Origin: a virus
Lineage: Duplodnaviria; Caudoviricetes
Strand: one strand, 5' to 3'
IMG/VR virus record: IMGVR_UViG_3300037873_000025
Coordinates: 1-46,564 of that record
DNA: 46,564 nucleotides
The translations under genes and the position numbers were made by a program. The notes under the pieces were generated by a model that worked only from the letters and a program-made list of their open reading frames with translations, was not told where the DNA came from and did not search any database. This document shows, piece after piece, positions 1 through 8,773 of this stretch; the first letter of the stretch is position 1, and the number at the start of each line of letters is the position of its first letter.

Positions 1-96
1 TGGGACCGGCTGCTGATCGGCGCCGGCCTGCTCGCGCCGCCACCGTTGACGAGCGCGGACGACTGGCAGCGGTACGCGGTGGCCGCCGCCCGGCGC
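1..96 (+). repeat. Terminal direct repeat copy 1 (assembly circularisation overlap)
   Basis: Identical to 46469-46564. Confidence 0.97.
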
Positions 97-423
97 CGGC
101 AGGTGCCGATAGCGCTGAGCATCGTGGTGCCGGTGCTGGCGCTGGGTGCCATCCTCTGGATGGCACAACCTACGGACGACCCCGCGGGGTGCGCCCGGCT
201 GATAGCGCAGGCGGCCGCGGTCAGCGAGATGCGCGACACCGTCACGGACCTGGACGGGGCTATCGTCGCCTGCCCCGACCTGACCACGTTCGCGGCAGCG
301 ACCAGCCGGCACCCGGAGCTGCTGGGGACCGTGCCGGCGCGAACGTGGGTGCTCAACCGGTGCCAGTACGCACCGGCGGCAGTGAAGGGATCGGCTATCT
401 GCTCGAACCTGGCGGGTCGGTAG
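1..423 (+). CDS. Membrane-anchored Cys-containing protein, 3' part. The full gene is join(46442..46468,1..423), about 149 aa
   Basis: ATG at 46442 reads MRPLTRITR-WDRLLIGAG... in frame across the junction. One TM segment (IALSIVVPVLALGAILWM) is followed by a domain with 4 Cys. Confidence 0.7.
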   Translation, partial: WDRLLIGAGLLAPPPLTSADDWQRYAVAAARRRQVPIALSIVVPVLALGAILWMAQPTDDPAGCARLIAQAAAVSEMRDTVTDLDGAIVACPDLTTFAAATSRHPELLGTVPARTWVLNRCQYAPAAVKGSAICSNLAGR

Positions 424-643
424 CCTCCAGCTCGGCCTTCTTCTGCATGCCGAGCCGGGTGATTGCCATGGCCGCGTACCCGAGGATGGTGTCCGCGTCG
501 TGCCGCTGGTGGAGCAGCCGGGCGAGGCTGAGCGCCACGATGTGGGGTGGCTGGCCGAGCAGGTCGGTGGCGGCGGCGCCTACCAGGATGGTCAGCTGGT
601 GGTCGGCCCGCTCCCACTTGGCAGCGAGGTCCCGGTCGCTCAT
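395..643 (-). CDS. Hypothetical protein (82 aa)
   Basis: ATGA overlap with the upstream gene; MSDRDLAAKWERADH... Confidence 0.6.
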   Translation of the reverse strand: MSDRDLAAKWERADHQLTILVGAAATDLLGQPPHIVALSLARLLHQRHDADTILGYAAMAITRLGMQKKAELEATDPPGSSR

Positions 644-864
644 GACAGCCCTGCGATACCGTCGACCATGTCGCATAGTTGACAAACCCTGGCCGCCAGG
701 ATCTCGACTGGATCAACGGGCTGGGTGCCGTCGGGTGGCGGGTTCTTGACCGTAGCGTCAATGACCTCGATCATGTCCCACAGGCGGCGGGCAATCGCCT
801 CGTCCCTGCTTACGGCTTGTTCGTAGTGGACTCGCAGAGTGGCGAGCTGGTCCTGGTCGCTCAT
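640..864 (-). CDS. Hypothetical protein (74 aa)
   Basis: GAGG RBS before the ATG; helical; coupled to the next gene. Confidence 0.65.
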   Translation of the reverse strand: MSDQDQLATLRVHYEQAVSRDEAIARRLWDMIEVIDATVKNPPPDGTQPVDPVEILAARVCQLCDMVDGIAGLS

Positions 865-927
865 CGGGCACACCTCGTCCACTGGCGGTGTTGCGTTGCA
901 CGATAACAGATCATGCCGGTGACCTGC

Positions 928-1125
928 TCATTCGACGCTCGCAGCGGCATGCCAGGCCGCATCGTCCACCCGCTGCTGAAGCTCCGCCGGGGTCGGGTCC
1001 GGCTGGGGACAGAACCCGCATCCGCACACCCAGTACCGCTGCCCATTGGCCAGGTCGCTGAACGAAGTGACTTCAGCCGGGCTGGGGCACGGCCCTTCGT
1101 GGGTCGGCCGTCGGTCTACGATCAT
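928..1125 (-). CDS. Hypothetical protein with CxCxxC (65 aa)
   Basis: AGGGGAGAGG upstream; MIVDRRPTHEGPC...WVCGCGFC. Confidence 0.55.
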   Translation of the reverse strand: MIVDRRPTHEGPCPSPAEVTSFSDLANGQRYWVCGCGFCPQPDPTPAELQQRVDDAAWHAAASVE

Positions 1126-1129
1126 GCCG

Positions 1130-1507
1130 CTACCCTCTCCCTTGCTCGGCCTTCGTCCACTCGTCCATCGCCTTGGCCCCATCGGCGAGCATCCTCGCCA
1201 CCTCATCCTTCAACGCCCGGCAGGTCGTACACAGCCAGTCGCACCGCGGGCACCACCACCCGCCCCGGCAGCCGGGACACTGGTCGGCTAGCTCGTGACC
1301 GCATTCGCCGTAGGCGCCGGTGGCGTAGCAGGTGATGGTGGGCATACCCAGCGCGCTGGCATCCACCTTGGCCAGCACGGCTCTGGTGATGGTCTCCAGG
1401 GTGGTGCCGCAGCGACGGCAGTACCAGCGCTCGACCATCGACTCCTGGTCCATGTGCAGCACCTCGCGGATAGACCTGTGGCCACGCAGCCGGCATACGA
1501 TGCTCAC
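1130..1507 (-). CDS. Cys-rich hypothetical protein (several CxxC motifs)
   Basis: GTGA overlap; CRLRGH...CRRCG...CPGC...CPRC...CTTC. Confidence 0.65.
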   Translation of the reverse strand: MSIVCRLRGHRSIREVLHMDQESMVERWYCRRCGTTLETITRAVLAKVDASALGMPTITCYATGAYGECGHELADQCPGCRGGWWCPRCDWLCTTCRALKDEVARMLADGAKAMDEWTKAEQGRG

Positions 1508-1737
1508 GCCGCATCACAGCCGGGAATCTTCGTGAACGGATCGGGGTGTAGCTGCCCGGCGATGTACCGCCACCGAATACCTAGCCGAGTACGCTCATCG
1601 GGATCAGGGTTCCAATAACGGAAGTCATCTTGGTTGGCAGCTTCACATCTGGCGGCATATGCCAGTACTCGCCGCTCATCCGCACTAAGCTCCGGCAACG
1701 GAGGCAGCGCCCTACGATCGCCGCTATCGGCCGTCAT
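1504..1737 (-). CDS. Hypothetical protein (77 aa)
   Basis: ATGA overlap, GAGG RBS. Confidence 0.6.
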   Translation of the reverse strand: MTADSGDRRALPPLPELSADERRVLAYAARCEAANQDDFRYWNPDPDERTRLGIRWRYIAGQLHPDPFTKIPGCDAA

Positions 1738-2579
1738 GCGTTGATCCTCTCTCTCATGGCCACGCGTAGCTTGTACACCTCGCCGAACCGGATCCGGCCG
1801 GCCGCGGTCAGGCGGCGCCGGCTCGCCCACGAGCGGACCGTACCGGCCGGGGTCGGCCAGCCGTGGAGGCTGAGCAGGTGGGCGCACTCCTCCGCGGTCA
1901 GCCGGATGTCCACCGCAACGGCCAGGATGGTCGCTGAGCGGTCGGTGGCGCTGTGGGTGGTCCGGCACGCCGGGCAGTGGACGTAGGCCGCCCTAGGTGA
2001 GGCTGACAACCGCTGCCGGCACAGTCCAGCAGCGGTGGGGGCCAGGCACGGGCCGGCGTCCAGCCGCCGCGGCGGTGGCCGGTCCACCGCCGGCCCGATC
2101 AGGCCGCAGGCGTAGCCCAGCTCATCCCACGCCTCGCCGGCGAACGGCTGATACCTGATCCACCTGAGCTGGCCGACCAACCAGCGCATCAGCCCCGGGG
2201 TGTCCTCGGGCAGGCTGCTGGGACCGGCCTGGATGCCGTGACGCTCCTCCAGCACCACCCGGCACCAGGTGGTGACCGTGTTCCGCACCGCCCACTCCAC
2301 CTCGGAGGCAGCCCAGCTGAACGGGAGCCCGGTCACGGCGCCGATGTCCTGGTCGGCGTAGTGCCGGGTCTGCCCGTCGGGGCGGATCGGCTGCGCCGGA
2401 GCCCGACCTCGGGCTCGCGGTCCCGGCTCGGACATCCGCGCCAGCCGGGCGATGGTCACCCGCAGCTCCGGCCACAGGTCGGCGCCATCCTTGAGCTGGG
2501 CGGCCAGGTCACGCTCGCACGGGGCGTCCACCCAGCCGGTGTCAGGCTGGGGACGGCCGCAGACGGCGCAGTCGGCCAT
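1734..2579 (-). CDS. Zinc-finger plus C-terminal HTH DNA-binding protein (possible late-gene regulator)
   Basis: CxxC motifs; C-terminal LTAEECAHLL...TPAGTVRSWASRRRL helix-turn-helix; position at the end of the early region, before HNH/terminase. Confidence 0.7.
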   Translation of the reverse strand: MADCAVCGRPQPDTGWVDAPCERDLAAQLKDGADLWPELRVTIARLARMSEPGPRARGRAPAQPIRPDGQTRHYADQDIGAVTGLPFSWAASEVEWAVRNTVTTWCRVVLEERHGIQAGPSSLPEDTPGLMRWLVGQLRWIRYQPFAGEAWDELGYACGLIGPAVDRPPPRRLDAGPCLAPTAAGLCRQRLSASPRAAYVHCPACRTTHSATDRSATILAVAVDIRLTAEECAHLLSLHGWPTPAGTVRSWASRRRLTAAGRIRFGEVYKLRVAMRERINA

Positions 2580-2788
2580 CAGCCACCGTCCGACCCCAGC
2601 ACCGCCGAGAGCACCAGCAGAGCCGCTACGACACCCCACAGCCACATGGCGATCAGCAATATACGTCCCTGCCGGCGCCAGAAGACCTCCATCTCCCGCC
2701 AGAACCGGACGCTGTCAGCCCAGAAGTCGGGATGGCCCGGCGGCAGGGTGGTGGGCTTCGGCACCGGGTTGCTCAGCGGGTTACGCAT
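2579..2788 (-). CDS. Small membrane protein
   Basis: C-terminal hydrophobic helix; GGAGG RBS. Confidence 0.65.
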   Translation of the reverse strand: MRNPLSNPVPKPTTLPPGHPDFWADSVRFWREMEVFWRRQGRILLIAMWLWGVVAALLVLSAVLGSDGG

Positions 2789-3098
2789 GATCGTCCTCCA
2801 GCATGGGTAGGCCGAGCCGACGGGCCTCGGCCCGGATGTGCTGCCGCTCCTGCTCCAGGGTGGCCTGCCGACGCTGGCGGCGTTCGGCGCGGGTGGGGAG
2901 GGTGACCAGCCGGGTGGCGGCGTACGCGATGCCGGCCACCACGCCCAGCGCGGCGAGCGCCGGGGCCAGGACGATGATGCAGACGGTGGCCAGCACGTTC
3001 TCAGTGCCGTTGTCCTCGTACCTGTTCAGGTAGTAGGCGACGCGGGCGACGGCCAGCCCGAGCAGCAGCCACCCGCCCCAGAACAGCAACGGCATCAT
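2781..3098 (-). CDS. Membrane protein (2 TM plus coiled C-terminus)
   Basis: MMPLLFWGGWLLLGLAV... and a second hydrophobic stretch; ATGA overlap. Confidence 0.7.
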   Translation of the reverse strand: MMPLLFWGGWLLLGLAVARVAYYLNRYEDNGTENVLATVCIIVLAPALAALGVVAGIAYAATRLVTLPTRAERRQRRQATLEQERQHIRAEARRLGLPMLEDDHA

Positions 3099-3271
3099 CG
3101 GTCGGGCTCCTCTCCGCTGGCCCATTCCCCGCACGAGCACGCGGTTTCGCTGTTCCGTAGCACGCCCGTGCCGAGACAGGCGTGGCAGCCGGGCCAGTGC
3201 CGCCAGCGTCGGCGCCGCCCCTGGTCGTCCCACCTGTAGTGCTCGCGGGAGATCAGCTCGTAGCGCCTCAC
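3095..3271 (-). CDS. Small zinc-ribbon-like protein (58 aa)
   Basis: CHACLGTG...CSC; GTGA overlap. Confidence 0.55.
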   Translation of the reverse strand: MRRYELISREHYRWDDQGRRRRWRHWPGCHACLGTGVLRNSETACSCGEWASGEEPDR

Positions 3272-3498
3272 TGGTCCCACCTGTCCAGCCAGAGCAGCAC
3301 CAACACCGCAACCGACCGGTCGCCACCCTCGGCGCGCTCCAGCCGCATCACCGTGGACGCGGCCACCCCGATCTGCTCGGCGGCCTGGTGCAGGGTCAGC
3401 CGGCGGGCGCGGCGAGCCTCGCGGACCAGCGTCGGAAGCTGCTCAAGCAGGTCGGCCAGCTCGGTGTACGAGATCAGGTCGCAGGCCGGCTCACCCAC
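3268..3498 (-). CDS. XRE-family HTH DNA-binding protein
   Basis: VREARRARRLTLHQAAEQIGVAASTVMRLE is a canonical HTH_3 pattern. Confidence 0.85.
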   Translation of the reverse strand: MGEPACDLISYTELADLLEQLPTLVREARRARRLTLHQAAEQIGVAASTVMRLERAEGGDRSVAVLVLLWLDRWDQ

Positions 3499-4681
3499 CG
3501 TCGCCACCTCCGTCCGGCTCCGGGCTGCCGGGGACGGGGCGGGTGCCGGCGCGGATCTCGGCGGCCCACCGCCCCAGCTGGTCGACGGCGGCTACCAGCT
3601 GGCCCGGCCACTGGCTGGCAGCCCAGTCGAGCGTGTCGGCTGCGGCGTCCCGGCGGGCGGTGGCCAGCTCGGCGCGCAGCTCGATGATGCGCTGCCAGCG
3701 GGACGCAGCCTGCGAGCTTGCCGTGTCCAACTCGGCGCGGGCGGCGTCCCGCTCCCGCCGCAGCGTACCGGCGAGGTCGTCATGGTTGCGGATCACCTGC
3801 TCGGCCATGGCGGCGTACCGGTCCCGGTCGGCGAGCAGGGCGACCAGTTGCTCGCCTGCGCCGCGGCGTGTCAGCCGGTCCAGTTGCAGCGGGCCATCAT
3901 CCGCGAGAAGCAGGTCGCGCAGCTGCGCGATAGTCTCCCGGTCCCAGCCGGGTCCGCCGGCCGGGGGTGGGTCGGCTGGTGGTGTGCCGGCCGGCTCCCC
4001 GAGCGCGTCCACGGCCGGCTGGGTGGGCGTGGGGGCGCCGAACAGCACCCGTGCTGCATGAGCCCCGCGCCGGACGGCAGGAGGGCTCATGTCGGGATGC
4101 TGGGCGCGGATCTTGGACTCCCAGCCGGCCGTGGCGTCCATCTCGGCCTCGGCCTCGGTGTCCAGATCCGGGGTGGTGTCCCCGAGCGCGTCCACGGCGG
4201 CCCACACATCAGCCTCGGCGTCGTCCACGTCCGACTGGCCGATGTCCGGATCGGGGGGTGCGGTGGAGATGCCCCGCCAGCGCCGCGCCGCCTCCAGCAC
4301 CCGGGCGACGGCCGGGTCCACCAGCAGCACCTCCCGCACCGGGCCGCGCTCGCCAGCCTCGACAGCCGCACGCGTGCACCAGCTGCCATCGCCGCACGAC
4401 CAGAGTCCCGTCGGGGCCAGGTCCTCCCGCCAGACACGCGCACCCAGCAGCGCCCGTCCCAGGATGGCCGGGCCGGCGGTTCCCGGGGTGGGGCCGGCGG
4501 CTGCCGTGGCGTCCTGGGCCAGCCGGGCGGGCGCGGCGGGTGGCTGGTCGTGGACCGGGCACGGCCGCTGCCGGCCACAGAACTGCCAATCCTCGGGATC
4601 GCTGTCGGTCGGACGCTGGCGGCACCAGCCGGCTAGCAGGGGGTGGGCGGGCTCGGCGTGCGGCGGCTGGTGGGTGGTCAC
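3491..4681 (-). CDS. Hypothetical mosaic protein with coiled-coil C-terminus (396 aa)
   Basis: Long ORF, GTGA-coupled start; heptad-like C-terminal region. Confidence 0.65.
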   Translation of the reverse strand: MTTHQPPHAEPAHPLLAGWCRQRPTDSDPEDWQFCGRQRPCPVHDQPPAAPARLAQDATAAAGPTPGTAGPAILGRALLGARVWREDLAPTGLWSCGDGSWCTRAAVEAGERGPVREVLLVDPAVARVLEAARRWRGISTAPPDPDIGQSDVDDAEADVWAAVDALGDTTPDLDTEAEAEMDATAGWESKIRAQHPDMSPPAVRRGAHAARVLFGAPTPTQPAVDALGEPAGTPPADPPPAGGPGWDRETIAQLRDLLLADDGPLQLDRLTRRGAGEQLVALLADRDRYAAMAEQVIRNHDDLAGTLRRERDAARAELDTASSQAASRWQRIIELRAELATARRDAAADTLDWAASQWPGQLVAAVDQLGRWAAEIRAGTRPVPGSPEPDGGGDGG

Positions 4682-4869
4682 GACGGGCTCCCGACGTTGA
4701 GCAGGATGGCGCCGACCAGGATCGGGCCGAGGATGGCGCCCAGGATGCCCCAGAACCAGGCCGGCCCGCGCCAGCCTTCCTGCCGGTAGAGCAGCCAGTT
4801 CGCGAACCCCAGAAGTGCGAGCATGGGCGTGACCACGAGGGCGGCGCCGGTCCAGAAGATGACGGTCAT
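4678..4869 (-). CDS. Small 2-TM membrane protein (63 aa)
   Basis: AAGGA RBS, ATGA overlap, two hydrophobic helices. Confidence 0.7.
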   Translation of the reverse strand: MTVIFWTGAALVVTPMLALLGFANWLLYRQEGWRGPAWFWGILGAILGPILVGAILLNVGSPS

Positions 4870-5039
4870 GGTTGGTCCTTTCTGGTGGTTGTGGCTCCGC
4901 AGCGGCAACGGTGAAGGTGGTGCTGGGGTATGCCCGGGTTGTGCTGGTGGCCGGCGACCCGGCCACACAGGTGGCCGCTGTAGCCGTTGGCCGGGCAGAG
5001 CGTGACCGTCCAATAGTGGCCACATGGCGCGGCGGTCAT
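4866..5039 (-). CDS. Small Cys/His-rich protein (57 aa, not in ORF track)
   Basis: MTAAPCGHYW...HLCGRVAGH...HRCRCG; ATGA overlaps at both ends. Confidence 0.6.
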   Translation of the reverse strand: MTAAPCGHYWTVTLCPANGYSGHLCGRVAGHQHNPGIPQHHLHRCRCGATTTRKDQP

Positions 5040-5260
5040 GGCCGACTCCCAGTCTCGATCCAGTCGGCGATCGGCTCGGCCAGCTCGATCAGGTACGCGG
5101 CGATGGCGTCGGTGGTGCCGGTGATGCCGTCGCCGAGCAGCTGGCTGGCGACGATGACGGCATCAGCACGGATCCGCTGGGCGCGGGTCATGTCGGTGGG
5201 TTCGTCCGGGTCGACCGGGCGGAGCGGCAGGCCGGTGGTCAGCGGCTGGTGGGTGGTCAT
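5036..5260 (-). CDS. Hypothetical protein (74 aa)
   Basis: ATGA-coupled on both sides. Confidence 0.65.
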   Translation of the reverse strand: MTTHQPLTTGLPLRPVDPDEPTDMTRAQRIRADAVIVASQLLGDGITGTTDAIAAYLIELAEPIADWIETGSRP

Positions 5261-5451
5261 CGGGTCTCCATGTGGGTATCGCGCCAGTGGGTCTCATACG
5301 CGGCCCGGCTGCGGAACGGCAGCCGGTCGCACGGGTAGCAGGCCGGGGTGAGTCGGAACAGCCGCCACCACGGGCGGCGCCAGTACGGCAGCGGGACGGC
5401 GGGCTGCCAACCACGCTCGGGGTGCTGCGGGTCGAAGCTCAGGTTGGTCAT
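5257..5451 (-). CDS. Small C2H2 zinc-finger-like protein (64 aa)
   Basis: AAGGA RBS; CYPC-x3-PF-x8-HWRDTH. Confidence 0.6.
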   Translation of the reverse strand: MTNLSFDPQHPERGWQPAVPLPYWRRPWWRLFRLTPACYPCDRLPFRSRAAYETHWRDTHMETR

Positions 5452-5494
5452 GGTGGGTCCTTTCGTGCGAGCCGCTCGGAGCGGCAGGTCGGGG

Positions 5495-7093
5495 TCACGC
5501 GAGGTGTCCGGGACAACGGTCTGTGGCCTTCCACGGCCACTCATTCGGGCTGCCGTGGACCAGGAACTTCGGCCAACTACGGTCATCGCGGCCACCTCGC
5601 CAGTGCTTCACCTGAACCTCATGGGGACGGCCGTCGACCGTTGGGTAGCCATCGACCGGCCGGATGCCGAAGCCGAACTCGGGCCAGCGCAGCAGCAGAC
5701 TGGACCCGGCGGGGCGGACGGAACGCTTGATGCCCTGCTCCCCGTGCCCGGCGTGCGCCTCGGTGATCAGCGCGCAGTCTGTGGCCACCCGGACCCGGTC
5801 AAGCACTGCGGCGACCCGCCGGGCGGGTAGTTCTTCGTTCATGTTGGCCTCGTGAAGCCGGTAGAACGGGCCGATGAACAGTACGTCGGGCTGGTGGGCG
5901 CGGACCCTCTCGGCGAGCCATTCGGCCCACTCGTCCTTGGTCAGGTCAACACCTTCCGGTCGGTGGATCAGCCGGAGTCCGCCGGTAGGAACGCGGTGCT
6001 GATACTGGATGGAGGCGGCGGCCAGCGGGCGGAAGCGGCGGCGGGACTGCCGGACGCTGTTCTCGCAGTCGATGAACAGCACCCGCTGTGGGGTGCACTG
6101 GTCGTGACGGTGCCAGTCGAACGGGTGCATACCGGCGGCGATCATTACGGCCATCTGACGCAGCAGCATCGACTTGCCGAGTCCCTCGAACCCGGTCAGG
6201 ACGAGCCGGTCGCCGCGTTCGAGGATGTCGGGGACGATCCAGTTGTAGGGTTCGTCGGCGGAGCCCACGAACTCCCACAGGTCGGGCGCGAGCTCGGGGC
6301 GGGCTTCCTGTTCGGTGTCGAATGTGATCTCCAGGTCGGCCAGGGGTTGACCGGCACCAACGTGGTCGGTTACGTCCTTGCCGGTGCGGGGTTCGACGAT
6401 TCGGACGGACGCGGCGACCGGAAGCAGCGCGTCGCGTACCTGCCTGGCGTGGGCGCGTCCGGGTTCGTCGGCGTCGGCGGTGATGGTGACGACTGCCCCG
6501 CGGAGGGTCTCGGTGTACTCGGGTCGCCATTTGCCGGCGCCGCCCGGGTTGCAGGTGGCTACCAGCCCGTGGCGGTGGAGGGTGTGGGCGTCTTTCTCGC
6601 CTTCGCAGACGTAGACCTCGCGCCCGTCGTGCACCGCGGCGATGACCTCGGGCATCCGGTACAGGACACGCCGGACGTCGCCGAGTTTCCAGGTCCAGCC
6701 GCTGGCCGCGTTCGGGTCGGGCCGCCGTTGCCGGAAGTCCTTGGTGGCCGTGCGGCACACCTGGTAGAGCAGCTGACCGTTCTCGTCCCGGTAGTCGTAG
6801 ATGGCCACGGCCGGCCCGGCGGGGGTCCAGTCGTCGTCTCGTTCGCGTTCACGCGTGGTGCTCAGGTCTTCCCAGGTCAGCCCGAGCGCGGCGAGAACGT
6901 CCCGCGGGTCGCACCCGGCCTGGCAGTGGAAGACGACGGGGTGTTTCTGGCCGGGTCCGATGGTGAGGCTGGCGGTGCGGTCGTCGTGTGCTGGGCACTG
7001 GACGACGTACCCGGCGCCGGAGCGTCGGACGGAGTGGAACTTGGGGAGCACCAGCTCCCGTAGCGGGTCGGCGGGGATCAGTTGTTCCACCAC
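5495..7093 (-). CDS. DNA primase-helicase (Zn-binding + TOPRIM + RecA/AAA_25-type helicase)
   Basis: CPAHDD...CQAGC; VYVCEGEKD and DAD TOPRIM motifs; Walker A GFEGLGKS; FIDCEN. Confidence 0.9.
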   Translation of the reverse strand: MVEQLIPADPLRELVLPKFHSVRRSGAGYVVQCPAHDDRTASLTIGPGQKHPVVFHCQAGCDPRDVLAALGLTWEDLSTTRERERDDDWTPAGPAVAIYDYRDENGQLLYQVCRTATKDFRQRRPDPNAASGWTWKLGDVRRVLYRMPEVIAAVHDGREVYVCEGEKDAHTLHRHGLVATCNPGGAGKWRPEYTETLRGAVVTITADADEPGRAHARQVRDALLPVAASVRIVEPRTGKDVTDHVGAGQPLADLEITFDTEQEARPELAPDLWEFVGSADEPYNWIVPDILERGDRLVLTGFEGLGKSMLLRQMAVMIAAGMHPFDWHRHDQCTPQRVLFIDCENSVRQSRRRFRPLAAASIQYQHRVPTGGLRLIHRPEGVDLTKDEWAEWLAERVRAHQPDVLFIGPFYRLHEANMNEELPARRVAAVLDRVRVATDCALITEAHAGHGEQGIKRSVRPAGSSLLLRWPEFGFGIRPVDGYPTVDGRPHEVQVKHWRGGRDDRSWPKFLVHGSPNEWPWKATDRCPGHLA

Positions 7094-7857
7094 CCTTCGT
7101 CGTCGATTGTCGGCGGCTGTTGGTCGGTCCAGCGTTCACCGTTGAGCCAGGTGGCTGGGTGGGCGGTGTACTGGGCGTCCTGGCCTCGGCGCTGCTCGGC
7201 ATAGCGTTTGGCGCCGGTGATGATGTCCGCCCGGTCGGCTGCCTTGGTCGCCTTCGGCCAGGCTCTTCGTGCCTGGCCTTTGCCGACTTTGCGCGGGTAG
7301 GCCGCCCAGAACGCCGACCAGTCGGGATCGTCGTCCGTCGGCGGAGCCGATGAAGAGGGTTTGATCTTATGGGGTGGGGTGGGGTGGGGTGGGGGCATTA
7401 ACACCTCATTAGGACTGTCATAGGTAGACTTATAGGTAGACCCATTGGGAGTGTCATGCTGTTTCCCCTGGCAGTAGGGGCAATCCGGGTCGATGATGCC
7501 GCGTGCTTCGTGCCATCTCCTATGGCTTCCAATAACTCCACCCGACGACTTCTTCACCCGGAGTGACTCGATCTCCGATCGAGAGATGTTCCGGTGTGAT
7601 CCGTCGCCGTCGGCGAGGAACTCGTGGAACCTGTAGCCCGTGCCCTTCTTGCGCCACAGCCCAGCGGCAACCAACTCGTCCGCCAGCGCGTGCTCACCAC
7701 GTGTGAGGACCGGGATCATGTGTGCTGGTATCCGACCGTCGGTCTTCTGGTCATTGCACCATGACCCGGCTACTACCCACAGCCCGAGCGCGGCCAGCGA
7801 GGCGGCCCCTGCCTTGGGATGGGCGTGAAAGCCATCGTCTACAGGAAAGTACGGCAT
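7078..7857 (-). CDS. Replication initiator-like protein (actinophage Rep/HTH type)
   Basis: N-terminal YFPVDDGFHAHPK...LGLW...ELVAAGLW; PHPTPP linker; C-terminal FWAAYPRKVGK...HPATWLNGERW; directly upstream of the primase-helicase. Confidence 0.75.
   Translation of the reverse strand: MPYFPVDDGFHAHPKAGAASLAALGLWVVAGSWCNDQKTDGRIPAHMIPVLTRGEHALADELVAAGLWRKKGTGYRFHEFLADGDGSHRNISRSEIESLRVKKSSGGVIGSHRRWHEARGIIDPDCPYCQGKQHDTPNGSTYKSTYDSPNEVLMPPPHPTPPHKIKPSSSAPPTDDDPDWSAFWAAYPRKVGKGQARRAWPKATKAADRADIITGAKRYAEQRRGQDAQYTAHPATWLNGERWTDQQPPTIDDEGWWNN
7371..7457. repeat. (GGGGT)4GGGGG tract and iteron-like repeats inside rep (candidate origin)
   Basis: G tract at 7371-7395; ATAGGTAGAC at 7420 and 7432; CATTRGGASTGTCAT at 7407 and 7443; locally AT-richer. 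Confidence 0.55.
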
Positions 7858-8399
7858 CAGGCGCCCCGCCTCTGCGGCCGTGGTGCCCGGGTGAACGGCA
7901 GCTCGCCGGGGTGGTAGAGAGCGCCGCCTTCGGCCAGCCAGAACTTGTTGGGCTCCTTCCTCGCTCTCAGATGCCGGCGGCAGCTCCACGCGCCGGCGTA
8001 GTCCATGAAGCAGTGGTGGTCACACTCTGGGCAGCGGACGATCACGATGTCCTGGCCGTCGCGGCTGCCATGCCATTGGGCGGTCTCACCCGGACCGGGT
8101 GGCCGTAGCACCACCACCAGGTCGGCTGCCCAGTCCCATTCGTCGTAGCCGAGCGTGTCCTGGAGCTGTTGGATCTTCTCGGCCCGCTCGTTGTGAGGCC
8201 CCTTGACCTCGGCCCAGACCCGCTGGGACTTGAGGTAGAAATCGGGCCGGTATGCCTGGCCGCTGTTTAGCCGCACGGCGACAGGCTCGTAGTGCCAGTA
8301 CCAGCCGAGGGTGTCGAAGGTGGCGGCCCAGTCGGCTTCGAGGGTGGACGCGAACCACGTGCTGGCGTACCGGGTGCGAACCGCTTTGATTGCGCTCAC
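7857..8399 (-). CDS. PD-(D/E)XK nuclease-family protein
   Basis: FASTLEADWA...YEP...YRPDFYL...WAEVKG; GGAGG RBS before GTG 8399. Confidence 0.8.
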   Translation of the reverse strand: MSAIKAVRTRYASTWFASTLEADWAATFDTLGWYWHYEPVAVRLNSGQAYRPDFYLKSQRVWAEVKGPHNERAEKIQQLQDTLGYDEWDWAADLVVVLRPPGPGETAQWHGSRDGQDIVIVRCPECDHHCFMDYAGAWSCRRHLRARKEPNKFWLAEGGALYHPGELPFTRAPRPQRRGA

Positions 8400-8461
8400 C
8401 GCCACCTCCCTATTCGTTACTCCGACGCTATGCGCCGCAGTTCCGGCCCGCCAAATACGCC

Positions 8462-8619
8462 TGTGGATGGAGCTGTGTACGGCGTTGTGGATATCGCCGC
8501 GGTTCTGTGGACTGCGCTGCTCACAGCTTGTGGATAAACCTGTGGACATGCGTGTCGCACACTGCCTGGCCTGCTATTTCGTTATCCACCTCCTGTGGGT
8601 TGAAAGTTTTTGGGGACGA
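8462..8619. promoter_or_regulatory. Cluster of DnaA-box-like 9-mers
   Basis: TGTGGATAA (perfect, 8529), TGTGGATGG 8462, TGTGTACGG 8474, TGTGGATAT 8486, TGTGGACTG 8506, TGTGGACAT 8541, TTATCCACC 8582, TGTGGGTTG 8594, TGGGGACGA 8611. Confidence 0.8.
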
Positions 8620-8752
8620 TTTTCTCCGGAGCGCGGTGGCAGTCGCACTCGCACCACGACTTGTCGCACGCCGCGGGCGAGCCGGGTGCACAGAAATGCA
8701 AGCACTCGCCGGAAACATTCTCGTCGTCGGTGAGGTACTCGATCTCAGCCAT
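8582..8752 (-). CDS. Small Cys-rich protein (56 aa, not in ORF track)
   Basis: GGGAG RBS; MAEIEYLTDD...CLHFC...CDKSWCECDCH. Confidence 0.55.
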   Translation of the reverse strand: MAEIEYLTDDENVSGECLHFCAPGSPAACDKSWCECDCHRAPEKIVPKNFQPTGGG

Positions 8753-8773
8753 GACGCCCCATCTCCCGTACGC

